27,970 bases of DNA from a virus (taxonomy: Duplodnaviria; Caudoviricetes), in the IMG/VR virus record IMGVR_UViG_3300020042_012166, positions 1 to 27,970 of that record; one strand, given 5' to 3'. Positions 9,251 to 17,286 of the stretch are shown here, in pieces. Each line of letters opens with the position of its first letter. Position 1 is the stretch's first letter. The translations under genes were made by a program, and so were the position numbers. A model generated the notes under the pieces. The model searched no databases. It was not told the origin of the DNA and saw only the letters and a program-made list of their open reading frames with translations.

Positions 9251-9498
9251 AGTTTTTTCTTCGTAACTGCGTCACCTACGATGGAATCTATCTTTGCTTT
9301 AAATTCCTTAACCTTTTCGAGTCTGTTGGGCCAGAGGATATATTCCTTATCTGGATTGGCCTGTAGGTTTTTAAGCAAAGGTATAATAGCATTATACAAT
9401 TGCTGTAACTGGGTGTTCAACTCTGTCTGCCCTTTAGTAATTACTTCCTCACTAACGGTAGTAAACCCAAAGTCAAAATCGTCTTCTAAAGTACTCAT
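9247..9498 (-). CDS. Conserved T4-like hypothetical protein downstream of the DNA polymerase
   Basis: Start MSTLEDDFDFGFT overlaps the polymerase stop (ATGA); LLKNLQANPDKEYILWPNR motif. Confidence 0.8.
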   Translation of the reverse strand: MSTLEDDFDFGFTTVSEEVITKGQTELNTQLQQLYNAIIPLLKNLQANPDKEYILWPNRLEKVKEFKAKIDSIVGDAVTKKKL

Positions 9499-12032
9499 GT
9501 AAAGAATCCTTCTAATGTGCTTCGTTTTTCCGCCTCCCACCCAATAACACCAAGGATGGTATCCAGGGGTTCAAGAAAGGCTTTATCGAATTGTTTATCG
9601 TAATCGACCAGATGGTCTAGTTCTAACTCCTTTGGTAGCTTGCCAGGAGTGGAGATGACATGCTCTCCGAGATAATTAGGCGTCTTTAGATAGCAGAACT
9701 TAACCTTGGAGCCTCGGTGCACAACTTCATACTTTGCTTCTAGCTTTTTCTGCTTAATGAAGTGATTATAAAGAATGGCGCCCTTAACGTGTATAGGGGT
9801 ACCAAGTTTAAAAATCTTTCCACTGACACTGGCACCTTGCCACTTTTCTAACTCCTTACAGCCACGTGGGAATGCAACATCCTCAAAGGGTAGCTTCTTA
9901 AACTCCTCCTTCTGCTTTGCCACATATTGCTGCAAGTCATCTTCACTACCGTTCATAATAATGATGATAGCTTCCTTAAAGTTAGATCTGATAGCAGCCG
10001 GGGTCGAAGAGCGTACTGCCTCAATACCCATCATCTTTAACTTAGGTTCAGCGTACTGTACCCCCTCGTTATTATACACGTTTAAGATATAACGTTTCTT
10101 AGCAGTAAAGATACCTTTGTTAGCAATTGCCTCACGCTTCATCTTCATCTTCTGGGAGTAAGCATTTACGTACACTGCTAACTCATCATAGCATTTATCA
10201 ATGTAGGGTTCTAACTTCTTCTCACACACCTCATCTAAGAACTTAACTATCTTATCGTTATCGGCCTTGGGCATAACCTGTTGAACCAGGCTGTCCAGTG
10301 TTATGTACATAGAGTCAGTATCAACTGCTATAACATAGTCTCTGTTATCAGTTTTAAATATCTTATTAAGGTATTTGTTAATGCGTTCCTCTACCCACCG
10401 AATGGATAGTTGGCCAGACTTGGTAATTGATTCGGCATACTTAGGGTCAAACCATCTAAAGAACCTATTGCCAAGGGCACCATAAGCAGAGTTAAGTTGA
10501 ATCTTCTTTGCCAGCTGCATGTTGTGGCATCTTGAGATCTCTTTCTCAAACTCGTAACTTGGATTAGCCTCATACTTCTTCTTTGCCGCGATCATTTCAT
10601 TTTTAAAGTGAACGCGATCGTTATACATCTTTTCCATCAACTTAGGTAAGAACCCTTGACGGTCTCGATCAAAGTAACACCCCGTTGCTGCTACTGTATA
10701 GTTCTGTGCGATCATCTCCCGACGAATACCAATATCGTTTAACGCACCGTTAAGGATCTTATCAACTCCGGCGTCTGTATTGAGTGATGCAAACATACCC
10801 TTATAGGTTTCCGGGCTAATATTATATTGCATGATAAGGTGGGGGTAGAGACTGTTAAGGTCGAAAGAAACAACCCACTTATGCAAGCCTACCTGAGGGT
10901 CCTTGACGTACGCACCTTCAATACCCTCCTGCCCCTCCCTCTCACCAGGGTCAAACATCGGTACTACAATTTTATGATCGATAAGATAATTATGAATAAT
11001 AACATCCCACATACGCACTGAGGTGAATGTATCCAGGTAGTTAACTTTACCGTCATACGCTAGTGCATAAACCTGGTCAATAAATTTAAGCTTATCATCC
11101 ATTCGATAAACCAGATCTACGTCACGTATGTTATAGTTAATATAGTTACGGAAGTCTTCTCTATAGAACTCGTCTAAGTTCTCGTACCCCAGTTCGGTAT
11201 AGTCTAGTTTACGTTCACCTAGGACTACGAATGCAATGTGGTCGAGTTTGTAACTCTCCTGCATGGTAAAGGAGAACTTACGATACAGCTGTAAGTAGTC
11301 AAGAATAGTAATACCAACAATAATTGGTATATTAAAGGCGCGCCCATTGATCTCAACCTCACGCTCGGACAAAATGCCCCACGGTGAGAGACGTTTGGCT
11401 GATTCAGGACCAATGATGCGCGTAATTCGATTAATAAGATATGGCATGTCAAAGAACTCGCAATTCCATCCTGTAATGATATCAGGATTATATTGCTCCG
11501 ATCTCCAACATTTAATAAACATCTCCAACAACGCCTGCTCGGTATCGCATTGGATGTATGTTATGTTATCAGACTCCGGGGTATACGGAAAGTATCCCAT
11601 TACTACAGACTTATCACCTTTACGTAGGGTGATAGCAGTTACTTGTTTATCTGCTAAAGAGATGTCAGGGAATCCCCCACTTGAGTCAGTCTCAATATCG
11701 ATAGTAGTTACAGAGATGATTTTAGCATCATAGTCAATCACACCTGAGTAGTGATCGTTTATGAAAGGGTAAATCCAGTTAGTCATTCCGTAGACTGACT
11801 TACCAGATACCCCCGTATTTTCTTTCACATAGTTTTTAGCATCGTAAATACTATTGAAAGTCTTCTTATAAACTGACTTGCCGTCCAGGGTCTTATATTC
11901 GTCTAATCCTACCCTATCATTAGTAAAGAGCCAGGGCTCACAGGGTACAGTATATTGTACTCGTCTACCATCTTCGTAGCCGCGAATAAGAAACTCGTTT
12001 TTGTGCTGATGCACGTTTGTGTAGAATGCCAT
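9495..12032 (-). CDS. gp43: T4 gp43-like family B DNA polymerase
   Basis: ExoI DIET, motif A SFDLNSLYP, motif B KIQLNSAYG, motif C DTDS; 845 aa, no intein or intron apparent. Confidence 0.98.
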   Translation of the reverse strand: MAFYTNVHQHKNEFLIRGYEDGRRVQYTVPCEPWLFTNDRVGLDEYKTLDGKSVYKKTFNSIYDAKNYVKENTGVSGKSVYGMTNWIYPFINDHYSGVIDYDAKIISVTTIDIETDSSGGFPDISLADKQVTAITLRKGDKSVVMGYFPYTPESDNITYIQCDTEQALLEMFIKCWRSEQYNPDIITGWNCEFFDMPYLINRITRIIGPESAKRLSPWGILSEREVEINGRAFNIPIIVGITILDYLQLYRKFSFTMQESYKLDHIAFVVLGERKLDYTELGYENLDEFYREDFRNYINYNIRDVDLVYRMDDKLKFIDQVYALAYDGKVNYLDTFTSVRMWDVIIHNYLIDHKIVVPMFDPGEREGQEGIEGAYVKDPQVGLHKWVVSFDLNSLYPHLIMQYNISPETYKGMFASLNTDAGVDKILNGALNDIGIRREMIAQNYTVAATGCYFDRDRQGFLPKLMEKMYNDRVHFKNEMIAAKKKYEANPSYEFEKEISRCHNMQLAKKIQLNSAYGALGNRFFRWFDPKYAESITKSGQLSIRWVEERINKYLNKIFKTDNRDYVIAVDTDSMYITLDSLVQQVMPKADNDKIVKFLDEVCEKKLEPYIDKCYDELAVYVNAYSQKMKMKREAIANKGIFTAKKRYILNVYNNEGVQYAEPKLKMMGIEAVRSSTPAAIRSNFKEAIIIIMNGSEDDLQQYVAKQKEEFKKLPFEDVAFPRGCKELEKWQGASVSGKIFKLGTPIHVKGAILYNHFIKQKKLEAKYEVVHRGSKVKFCYLKTPNYLGEHVISTPGKLPKELELDHLVDYDKQFDKAFLEPLDTILGVIGWEAEKRSTLEGFFT

Positions 12033-12038
12033 AGGTTC

Positions 12039-12067
12039 ATTATATAGTGTATTATGTTAAATGTCAA
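12039..12067 (-). promoter_or_regulatory. Perfect sigma70 promoter TTGACA-N17-TATAAT for the DNA polymerase (likely leaderless mRNA)
   Basis: -35 at 12062-12067, -10 at 12039-12044; ATG 6 nt after the -10; no SD. Confidence 0.8.
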
Positions 12068-13055
12068 CTAAGTTGTTTTTAAATATCTTCCACGCCTCTT
12101 CCCATGACCATCTCATACTACCAGCCATTACTTTCTCACGGCTAAGTTGCAAGCACCCATCAATAGCATCTTTGAGATTTTCATTCATAAATCCAGTAGT
12201 ACCCTGTTCTATTACATCCATAGGTCCATCACAAGGATACGCAGCTACTGGCGTACCGCACGCCATTGCTTCTATCATTACTATACCAAATGTCTCCCAT
12301 CTACTAGGAAATACAAATACATCTGCCAAGTTATAGTAATAGGAAAGATCGTGACCTGTTTTATATCCTACAAACTCTACCTCGGGGTATTTCTTTTTGT
12401 AGGTCTCTAGCATAGGGCCATCACCAACCATAATTTTTTTAGCGCCTGGGTAATCTAACTCGAAAAAATCTTCTAAGTTCTTTTCTTTACTGACACGGGC
12501 AACACATAAAAGGGTTAACTCAGTATTATGTCTATAGATTCTTGGGTAAAAGAAATTGCGATCAACACCTCGTGTCCATGAAATAACTTCTCCACTAAAC
12601 CCGTGTTGCTTGAGTTCTTTGACCATAGATTCTGTTGTGGTAAGTACTTTGCAACTGTGCTTATGGAACCAACGTACTAGAGGCCAAGTAATTGCCTCAG
12701 GGATGCCAAATAGGGCTCTAATTCCTTCTGGAAACTTAGTATGATAAGCGGTATTGTAACGATAAGAATGTAATGAAAGATATTTTCTAGCCCACAGACC
12801 AAGAGGACCTTCTGTGGCGATGTGGATATAATCCGGATTGATCTCCTCAATCTTCTCGCCCATTTTCCTGGGATAGGCAATCTTGACTTCGTTGTAGCGA
12901 GGGCAATCAAAGTAGCGGAACCACCCGGGATGAAGCACCACAACGTTATAACCATCGCGAGTCGCGCACGCCTCAATGTTCTTATAAGTCGTAACGACAC
13001 CGTTTATCTGATCAGGTAAGTTGTCCGTAACTATCAGAATAGTTTTTGACTTCAT
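12057..13055 (-). CDS. agt: GT4 glycosyltransferase, Agt-like glycolipid synthase
   Basis: ILIVTD..PDQINGVV, HIATEGPLG, YHTKFPE, WFH, WTRGVD, FVFPSRWETFGIVMIEAMACGTPVAAY; directly downstream of the plcP-like gene. Confidence 0.85.
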   Translation of the reverse strand: MKSKTILIVTDNLPDQINGVVTTYKNIEACATRDGYNVVVLHPGWFRYFDCPRYNEVKIAYPRKMGEKIEEINPDYIHIATEGPLGLWARKYLSLHSYRYNTAYHTKFPEGIRALFGIPEAITWPLVRWFHKHSCKVLTTTESMVKELKQHGFSGEVISWTRGVDRNFFYPRIYRHNTELTLLCVARVSKEKNLEDFFELDYPGAKKIMVGDGPMLETYKKKYPEVEFVGYKTGHDLSYYYNLADVFVFPSRWETFGIVMIEAMACGTPVAAYPCDGPMDVIEQGTTGFMNENLKDAIDGCLQLSREKVMAGSMRWSWEEAWKIFKNNLVDI

Positions 13056-13803
13056 CACTTTCCTTTGTCCATGTAATTATTTCCCACTTACCGTCCCAGT
13101 GTTCAACTAAGGCAGTACACGACTCAACCCAGTCACCATCATTCATGTATATTACACCATTGATTTCTTTTATCTCTGCGTGGTGTATGTGTCCACATAT
13201 GACTCCATCAAAGCCACGCTTCTTACAGTAATTGGCCAGGTTCTCTTCAAACTTGAATATAAAGTCTACTGCTTTTTTAACCTTGTACTTAAGATACTTG
13301 CTAAGGCTAAAGTACCCAAAACCCATACGACGACGAATCCAATTAAATTTATTGTTAAGTGTAAGAACAATGTCATATGCTTTATCTCCTAGGAATGCTA
13401 TCCACGGTGCTAGTCTAGTAATGCCATCAAACAAGTCGCCGTGTGTAACGAGATAGTGTTTACCGTCTGCCCCTATATGCTCTACTTGATTATGTATTTC
13501 TACTAAACCAAAACTGAACCCATATGGAATCATAGGCCTTAAAAACTCGTCATGATTACCAGCCACGTAAATGACCTTAGTACCTCGCTTGGCATGCCCT
13601 AGTACCCGCCTAACTACATTTGTATGGCTTTGTTTCCATCGCCATTTATTTTGCTGGATGCGCCATGCATCAATAATATCACCAACCAGGTATAGAGTAT
13701 CACATGTATTATTTTTAAGAAAGTTATTTAACTTTGCTGCTTGGCACTCTCTTGTACCAAGATGCACATCGCTTATAAAAATAGAACGGTATGTTTTACT
13801 CAT
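13012..13803 (-). CDS. plcP: PlcP-like Mn-dependent phospholipase C (LpxH-like metallophosphoesterase)
   Basis: FISDVHLG, LVGDIIDAW, GNHDEFLR (NH as in PlcP, not NR as in LpxH), HGDLFD, ICGHIH, NDGDWVESCTALVE. Confidence 0.85.
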   Translation of the reverse strand: MSKTYRSIFISDVHLGTRECQAAKLNNFLKNNTCDTLYLVGDIIDAWRIQQNKWRWKQSHTNVVRRVLGHAKRGTKVIYVAGNHDEFLRPMIPYGFSFGLVEIHNQVEHIGADGKHYLVTHGDLFDGITRLAPWIAFLGDKAYDIVLTLNNKFNWIRRRMGFGYFSLSKYLKYKVKKAVDFIFKFEENLANYCKKRGFDGVICGHIHHAEIKEINGVIYMNDGDWVESCTALVEHWDGKWEIITWTKESDEVKNYSDSYGQLT

Positions 13804-13814
13804 ACCTGTATTTA

Positions 13815-13913
13815 TCAGGAACCGCGCGGGAAGCGTTGCTTGCTCTGTCTTGCTGCAACGATAAATTCAGTCATGGTGTTAATAAATTTTTTGAATAGAT
13901 TTAAGATTCTCAT
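13815..13913 (-). CDS. Small hypothetical protein (32 aa)
   Basis: MRILNLFKKFINTMTEFIVAARQSKQRFPRGS*, SD AAGGA. Confidence 0.5.
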   Translation of the reverse strand: MRILNLFKKFINTMTEFIVAARQSKQRFPRGS

Positions 13914-13939
13914 GTTATGTTTCCTTAATTTTGTGAATT

Positions 13940-13964
13940 AAAAAAGCCGGCGATCGCCGGCTTT
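13940..13964 (-). terminator. Rho-independent terminator after hsp20
   Basis: Palindrome AAAGCCGGCGATCGCCGGCTTT followed by a T-run on the minus strand. Confidence 0.85.
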
Positions 13965-13966
13965 GG

Positions 13967-14476
13967 TTACAGGTCGCGACCTAGTGGGTCTTCTGTAAGT
14001 AGCTCGGGTTTGGAAGCAGCTTTTGTAGCTTTTTCTTTTACCTCGATTTTCTTTGGCTTCTTGTGCTCAGGAATAATACGTTCAAGGAATACCTTCAACA
14101 TACCATTAAGCATTTCTGCATCCTTAACTTCGATCTGCTCATCTAATGTAAAGGAACGAGTAAAGTTACGATTAGCAATACCCTTAAACAAAAAGTTATT
14201 ATCATCCTCATCAGTTGAAGTATTGCCTTTGATAACCATGGTGTTATTGGCAAGTTCAATTTCAATATCCTGTCTTGCAAAACCAGCAACGGCGATTTCA
14301 ACCACATAGGTATTGTCACCGACTTTTTTGATGTTGTAAGGGGGATAGTTAGGAATATTTTTTGTAAGGTCGTCGTGGATTTTTGAGAGTCGATTAAATT
14401 GATCATCAAATCCTACATAAAACTTATCAAAGTCCTTGAACATGTCACGTCCGAAAACGTCTCTAATGTGTGTCAT
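13967..14476 (-). CDS. hsp20: Small heat-shock protein Hsp20 (IbpA-like)
   Basis: NYPPYNI, EIAVAGF, FKGIANRNFTRSFTL, NGML, IPEHKKPKKI; start MTHIRD with SD AGGAGG. Confidence 0.95.
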   Translation of the reverse strand: MTHIRDVFGRDMFKDFDKFYVGFDDQFNRLSKIHDDLTKNIPNYPPYNIKKVGDNTYVVEIAVAGFARQDIEIELANNTMVIKGNTSTDEDDNNFLFKGIANRNFTRSFTLDEQIEVKDAEMLNGMLKVFLERIIPEHKKPKKIEVKEKATKAASKPELLTEDPLGRDL

Positions 14477-14489
14477 TATGAACCTCCTA

Positions 14490-14705
14490 TCACTTCTTAG
14501 CAGTGAACACTTTTGATACCGCAACCTCAGCTGCAGCACCAGTTACATCCCAAAAAGTCTTTGCGACTTGTTTGGTGAATGCAGTTTGTGCATCTACGAA
14601 TTGTTGTAGGGGTTTACGGACCTGTTCGTCTGAGACGAATGTTTTAAGCCAAGTACTCTTGGATGATTGAATGGCGTCAATAGCCATGTCTGCGTATAAT
14701 AGCAT
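14490..14705 (-). CDS. Small amphipathic helical protein, phasin-like
   Basis: 71 aa, Ala-rich, FVDAQTAFTKQVAK; strong SD AAGGAG; the family call is by resemblance only. Confidence 0.55.
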   Translation of the reverse strand: MLLYADMAIDAIQSSKSTWLKTFVSDEQVRKPLQQFVDAQTAFTKQVAKTFWDVTGAAAEVAVSKVFTAKK

Positions 14706-14800
14706 AGTTGCTCCTTTAGTAAGCGAGTTAGTTTAAAAAAGTCTACCCTAAAAAGGCATAGACCCGAGGAATTTAATCAGCCTTAACCTCGGACTGCTGT
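14706..14800 (-). promoter_or_regulatory. ROSE-like RNA thermometer 5' leader
   Basis: SD hairpin CUC(G)CUU-acua-AAGGAG containing UCGCU with a bulged G (14711-14727); two more hairpins upstream (14741-14763, 14764-14792). Confidence 0.65.
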
Positions 14801-14805
14801 ATGAT

Positions 14806-14813
14806 TATTTATA
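14806..14813 (-). promoter_or_regulatory. T4-type late promoter TATAAATA
   Basis: Exact match at the head of the structured leader. Confidence 0.7.
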
Positions 14814-14830
14814 ATCAATACACCTGCTGG

Positions 14831-15313
14831 TCACTGACCATTTGATAATTTTACAGTATCATTAGTATCTAGAAACTTAATCTGTACCTCAGCTTCCTTG
14901 TACATTAACAAAGATTCATCCCAGTTGTATAGCTTGTTGTTAAGATCAGGTGTGGGGCTAACGACCCTTCGTATACCACGCTGAATAATGGATTTAGCAC
15001 ACTCATTGCAGGTAAAGAGGGTGGAGTATAAAGTAGCACCAGTAAGATCAAAGAACGCGCTATCTAGCGCATTACGTTCGGCATGACAAACCAGTTTATA
15101 CTTAAGAGGTTTATCTTCATACCTCTTCTTAGTATCCTCCACCCCTCTCGGAAACCCGTTGTATCCTAACGAAAGAATTCGATGATCATCCGTTGTTATT
15201 ACCGATCCCACCTTCGTCGACGGGTCCAGCGACCACTGGCTTACCTCCTTGGCGAGTTGAAGGAAACGGCCATCCCACTTCAGCAGTCTCTGTAGTATCC
15301 CCTTGGTAGTCAT
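14831..15313 (-). CDS. cd: dCMP deaminase
   Basis: WDGRFL, DPSTKVG, GYNGFPRG, HAERNA, TCNEC; exact start uncertain (15313-15331). Confidence 0.92.
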   Translation of the reverse strand: MTTKGILQRLLKWDGRFLQLAKEVSQWSLDPSTKVGSVITTDDHRILSLGYNGFPRGVEDTKKRYEDKPLKYKLVCHAERNALDSAFFDLTGATLYSTLFTCNECAKSIIQRGIRRVVSPTPDLNNKLYNWDESLLMYKEAEVQIKFLDTNDTVKLSNGQ

Positions 15314-15500
15314 TAGTGTCATACCCCCCATCTGTAATTTGCTCTTCTACGAAATCAAGATTACCATCAAAGTAAAATCCCGACCCTCTAAGGAATGTTT
15401 CAAACTCTTGGACCACATCATCAAGAAATTCTGCCTCAATTTCATGTGTGTTACGGTTGTGTGGGCCTGAGTGCTCACATATAAAAGTAAATTTAGGCAT
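15186..15500 (-). CDS. Conserved hypothetical acidic protein
   Basis: 104 aa; FETFLRGSGF motif; C-terminus overlaps the dCMP deaminase. Confidence 0.7.
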   Translation of the reverse strand: MPKFTFICEHSGPHNRNTHEIEAEFLDDVVQEFETFLRGSGFYFDGNLDFVEEQITDGGYDTNDYQGDTTETAEVGWPFPSTRQGGKPVVAGPVDEGGIGNNNG

Positions 15501-15960
15501 TATTAATATCCCTCCATTTAGTTACAAACACTTCCAGTTTCTTATCTTCTTCCCATTCACTGCAATAGTCGTTATCGGTATCACATAAAGCCAATACCTC
15601 GGCTTCTGTAACTACTCGTGAAGATATAATCTGTTCACCCAAGGACAATTGGGAGAACTCTTTTACGACTTCATAGTCCTGCATTGTTACGGTATCCTCG
15701 GCCCATTCTTTCTTACCAACAGGTACCTCGATTACGTAGCGCATACGATAGGATTGAATACATTCAACCAACACCAATTCCGTTGCTTCTTCAACTTTGG
15801 TCATAGTCCAACTCCCGTCTTTGTTATCAGCAAAATTAATAGTATCACCGGTATTCCAACCAACCTCGGCCAACATATCATCTGGCAGGGGGAGGATAAT
15901 CTCACCAGTTACAGGATCTTCTTCTACTTCAATAATACGACTCATAGGTTTCACCTTCAT
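15493..15960 (-). CDS. Protein with an N-terminal AbrB/MazE/SpoVT-like DNA-binding domain
   Basis: GEIILPLPDDMLAEVGWNTGDTINF...DGSWTMTKV swapped-hairpin pattern, plus an acidic C-terminal domain. Confidence 0.65.
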   Translation of the reverse strand: MKVKPMSRIIEVEEDPVTGEIILPLPDDMLAEVGWNTGDTINFADNKDGSWTMTKVEEATELVLVECIQSYRMRYVIEVPVGKKEWAEDTVTMQDYEVVKEFSQLSLGEQIISSRVVTEAEVLALCDTDNDYCSEWEEDKKLEVFVTKWRDINNA

Positions 15961-16845
15961 TTAAATCTCCATCACTTTTGCAAAATATGGCTCACCAGCA
16001 TGATCTCCTCTTTCGTGACCAACATAACCACGCGGGTTAGCCACTATACGAGTAGATCCGATCATGTAATCAAACTCACTATGTGTATGTCCATGTACCC
16101 ATAGTTTAATCTGTGGGGTATCTAAAATCAACTCTGACAGGTCAGAACTGTAAGCACCATTTACCATAGTATCATTTTCATACTGTGGTTTAGTAGATAT
16201 TTTACTTGGTGCATGATGACCAACTACAACTAACTTACCAGTTAGATTTTCAGCCGCCGTCTTACGAATAACGTCAAGCATTACCTTGTGCAACGTTACC
16301 GATCTTTCGGGGGTAAACTTACCTGGTCTTTCATGGAACTTTTTGCTAACAACCTTTGTAAGATCATTAGTACCGTCTTCATTTACAGCATAGATTGGCT
16401 CACTAAAAACAACCCTTGCATCCGAATCAGCAATGATACGATAGTCATTCATGTAGTTCCTAATGGAGTACAATGTATGGGGTTGTTCTTTGTTCATGTC
16501 CGTCCAAAGAGTACCTCCAACAAATGTAATATCATCGATGACTTTTACTTCATTATCAAGCACGTAGAAGTTAGAAAGGTCTTTAAACGTTTCACGGATA
16601 ATACTATACGACAAAGCAATATCTCCGTGGTAGTGTTCGTGATTACCGCAAATGAAGATAACGTGCTTAAACTTTGAACAAGCATCCTCTATAAACCCTA
16701 CAAATCTTTCCTTCCTGCGATTGTCAACAGTCAGGTCGGAGGCAACAAAGATATCTCCAGCCAATAGGAGTACCTCGGCCTCAACAGGCTCAACAGGTAG
16801 TTCGGCAAATTCTAGATGGACGTCCGACATCAATGCAATTTTCAT
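15961..16845 (-). CDS. Calcineurin-like metallophosphoesterase
   Basis: SDVHLE, LAGDI, GNHEHY, HHAP, WVHGHTH, NPRGY. Confidence 0.92.
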   Translation of the reverse strand: MKIALMSDVHLEFAELPVEPVEAEVLLLAGDIFVASDLTVDNRRKERFVGFIEDACSKFKHVIFICGNHEHYHGDIALSYSIIRETFKDLSNFYVLDNEVKVIDDITFVGGTLWTDMNKEQPHTLYSIRNYMNDYRIIADSDARVVFSEPIYAVNEDGTNDLTKVVSKKFHERPGKFTPERSVTLHKVMLDVIRKTAAENLTGKLVVVGHHAPSKISTKPQYENDTMVNGAYSSDLSELILDTPQIKLWVHGHTHSEFDYMIGSTRIVANPRGYVGHERGDHAGEPYFAKVMEI

Positions 16846-16846
16846 A

Positions 16847-17149
16847 TCATTCCTTAGCTAGTGGGTGCACACCTACCAATGCCTGATGCTGCTTAAATTT
16901 CGATAGGTCGTGCTTCGTTTCTGAAATACGAGGTTGAATATTATTATAACTCTTTACAGGTACCTTATAGTACTCTGGGGTATATTTCATGCGCATGTAC
17001 CCAAGTGCTGCCATTCCGTTAGAATGGGTAGAGGTAGTATTATCGGTCTCAAGAAGAAAAAAGTCTTCCTCCGTATACGTACCGATACCTATCACCTCAC
17101 CACGGAAGTTAAAAATATATCCGTCTGGAGTTGGAGAGGTCAGTATCAT
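16847..17149 (-). CDS. Hypothetical protein
   Basis: Likely start MILTSPTPDG at 17149 rather than GTG at 17212. Confidence 0.65.
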   Translation of the reverse strand: MILTSPTPDGYIFNFRGEVIGIGTYTEEDFFLLETDNTTSTHSNGMAALGYMRMKYTPEYYKVPVKSYNNIQPRISETKHDLSKFKQHQALVGVHPLAKE

Positions 17150-17264
17150 AGTATTGAGATTCACGTTGGTTCTTTGATTTTCGTTTATATGCGGTCTTAA
17201 GTTCAACCACACGCATGCGATACTTCGGGGTACGAAGGTCGCGATGAACAGCAGCTCGTTTCAT
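17109..17264 (-). CDS. ArfA-like (alternative ribosome rescue factor A-like) small basic protein, 51 aa
   Basis: Missed by the ORF track. MKRAAVHRDLRTPKYRMRVVELKTAYKRKSKNQRESQYYDTDLSNSRRIYF*; SD AGGAG and own promoter; L..P.YR.RV...Y.RK.K pattern matches the ArfA core. Confidence 0.65.
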   Translation of the reverse strand: MKRAAVHRDLRTPKYRMRVVELKTAYKRKSKNQRESQYYDTDLSNSRRIYF

Positions 17265-17286
17265 ATTCTTTTCTCCTAACATAGTT

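Noticed and set aside
9495-12032. Intein, intron or split in the DNA polymerase; alternative genetic code
   Set aside because: The ORF is continuous and of normal length with all motifs, and core genes read through in the standard code.
12057-13055. T4-style DNA glucosyltransferase for base modification (T4 also uses the name agt)
   Set aside because: Motifs match lipid GT4 enzymes, and no hydroxymethylase is nearby despite the position next to the polymerase.
13012-13803. Annotation as LpxH (lipid A biosynthesis)
   Set aside because: It has GNHD rather than GNRD and is paired with an Agt-like glycosyltransferase, which fits PlcP better.
13804-13966. Pho box upstream of plcP
   Set aside because: No CTGTCAT-like 11-bp direct repeat is visible.
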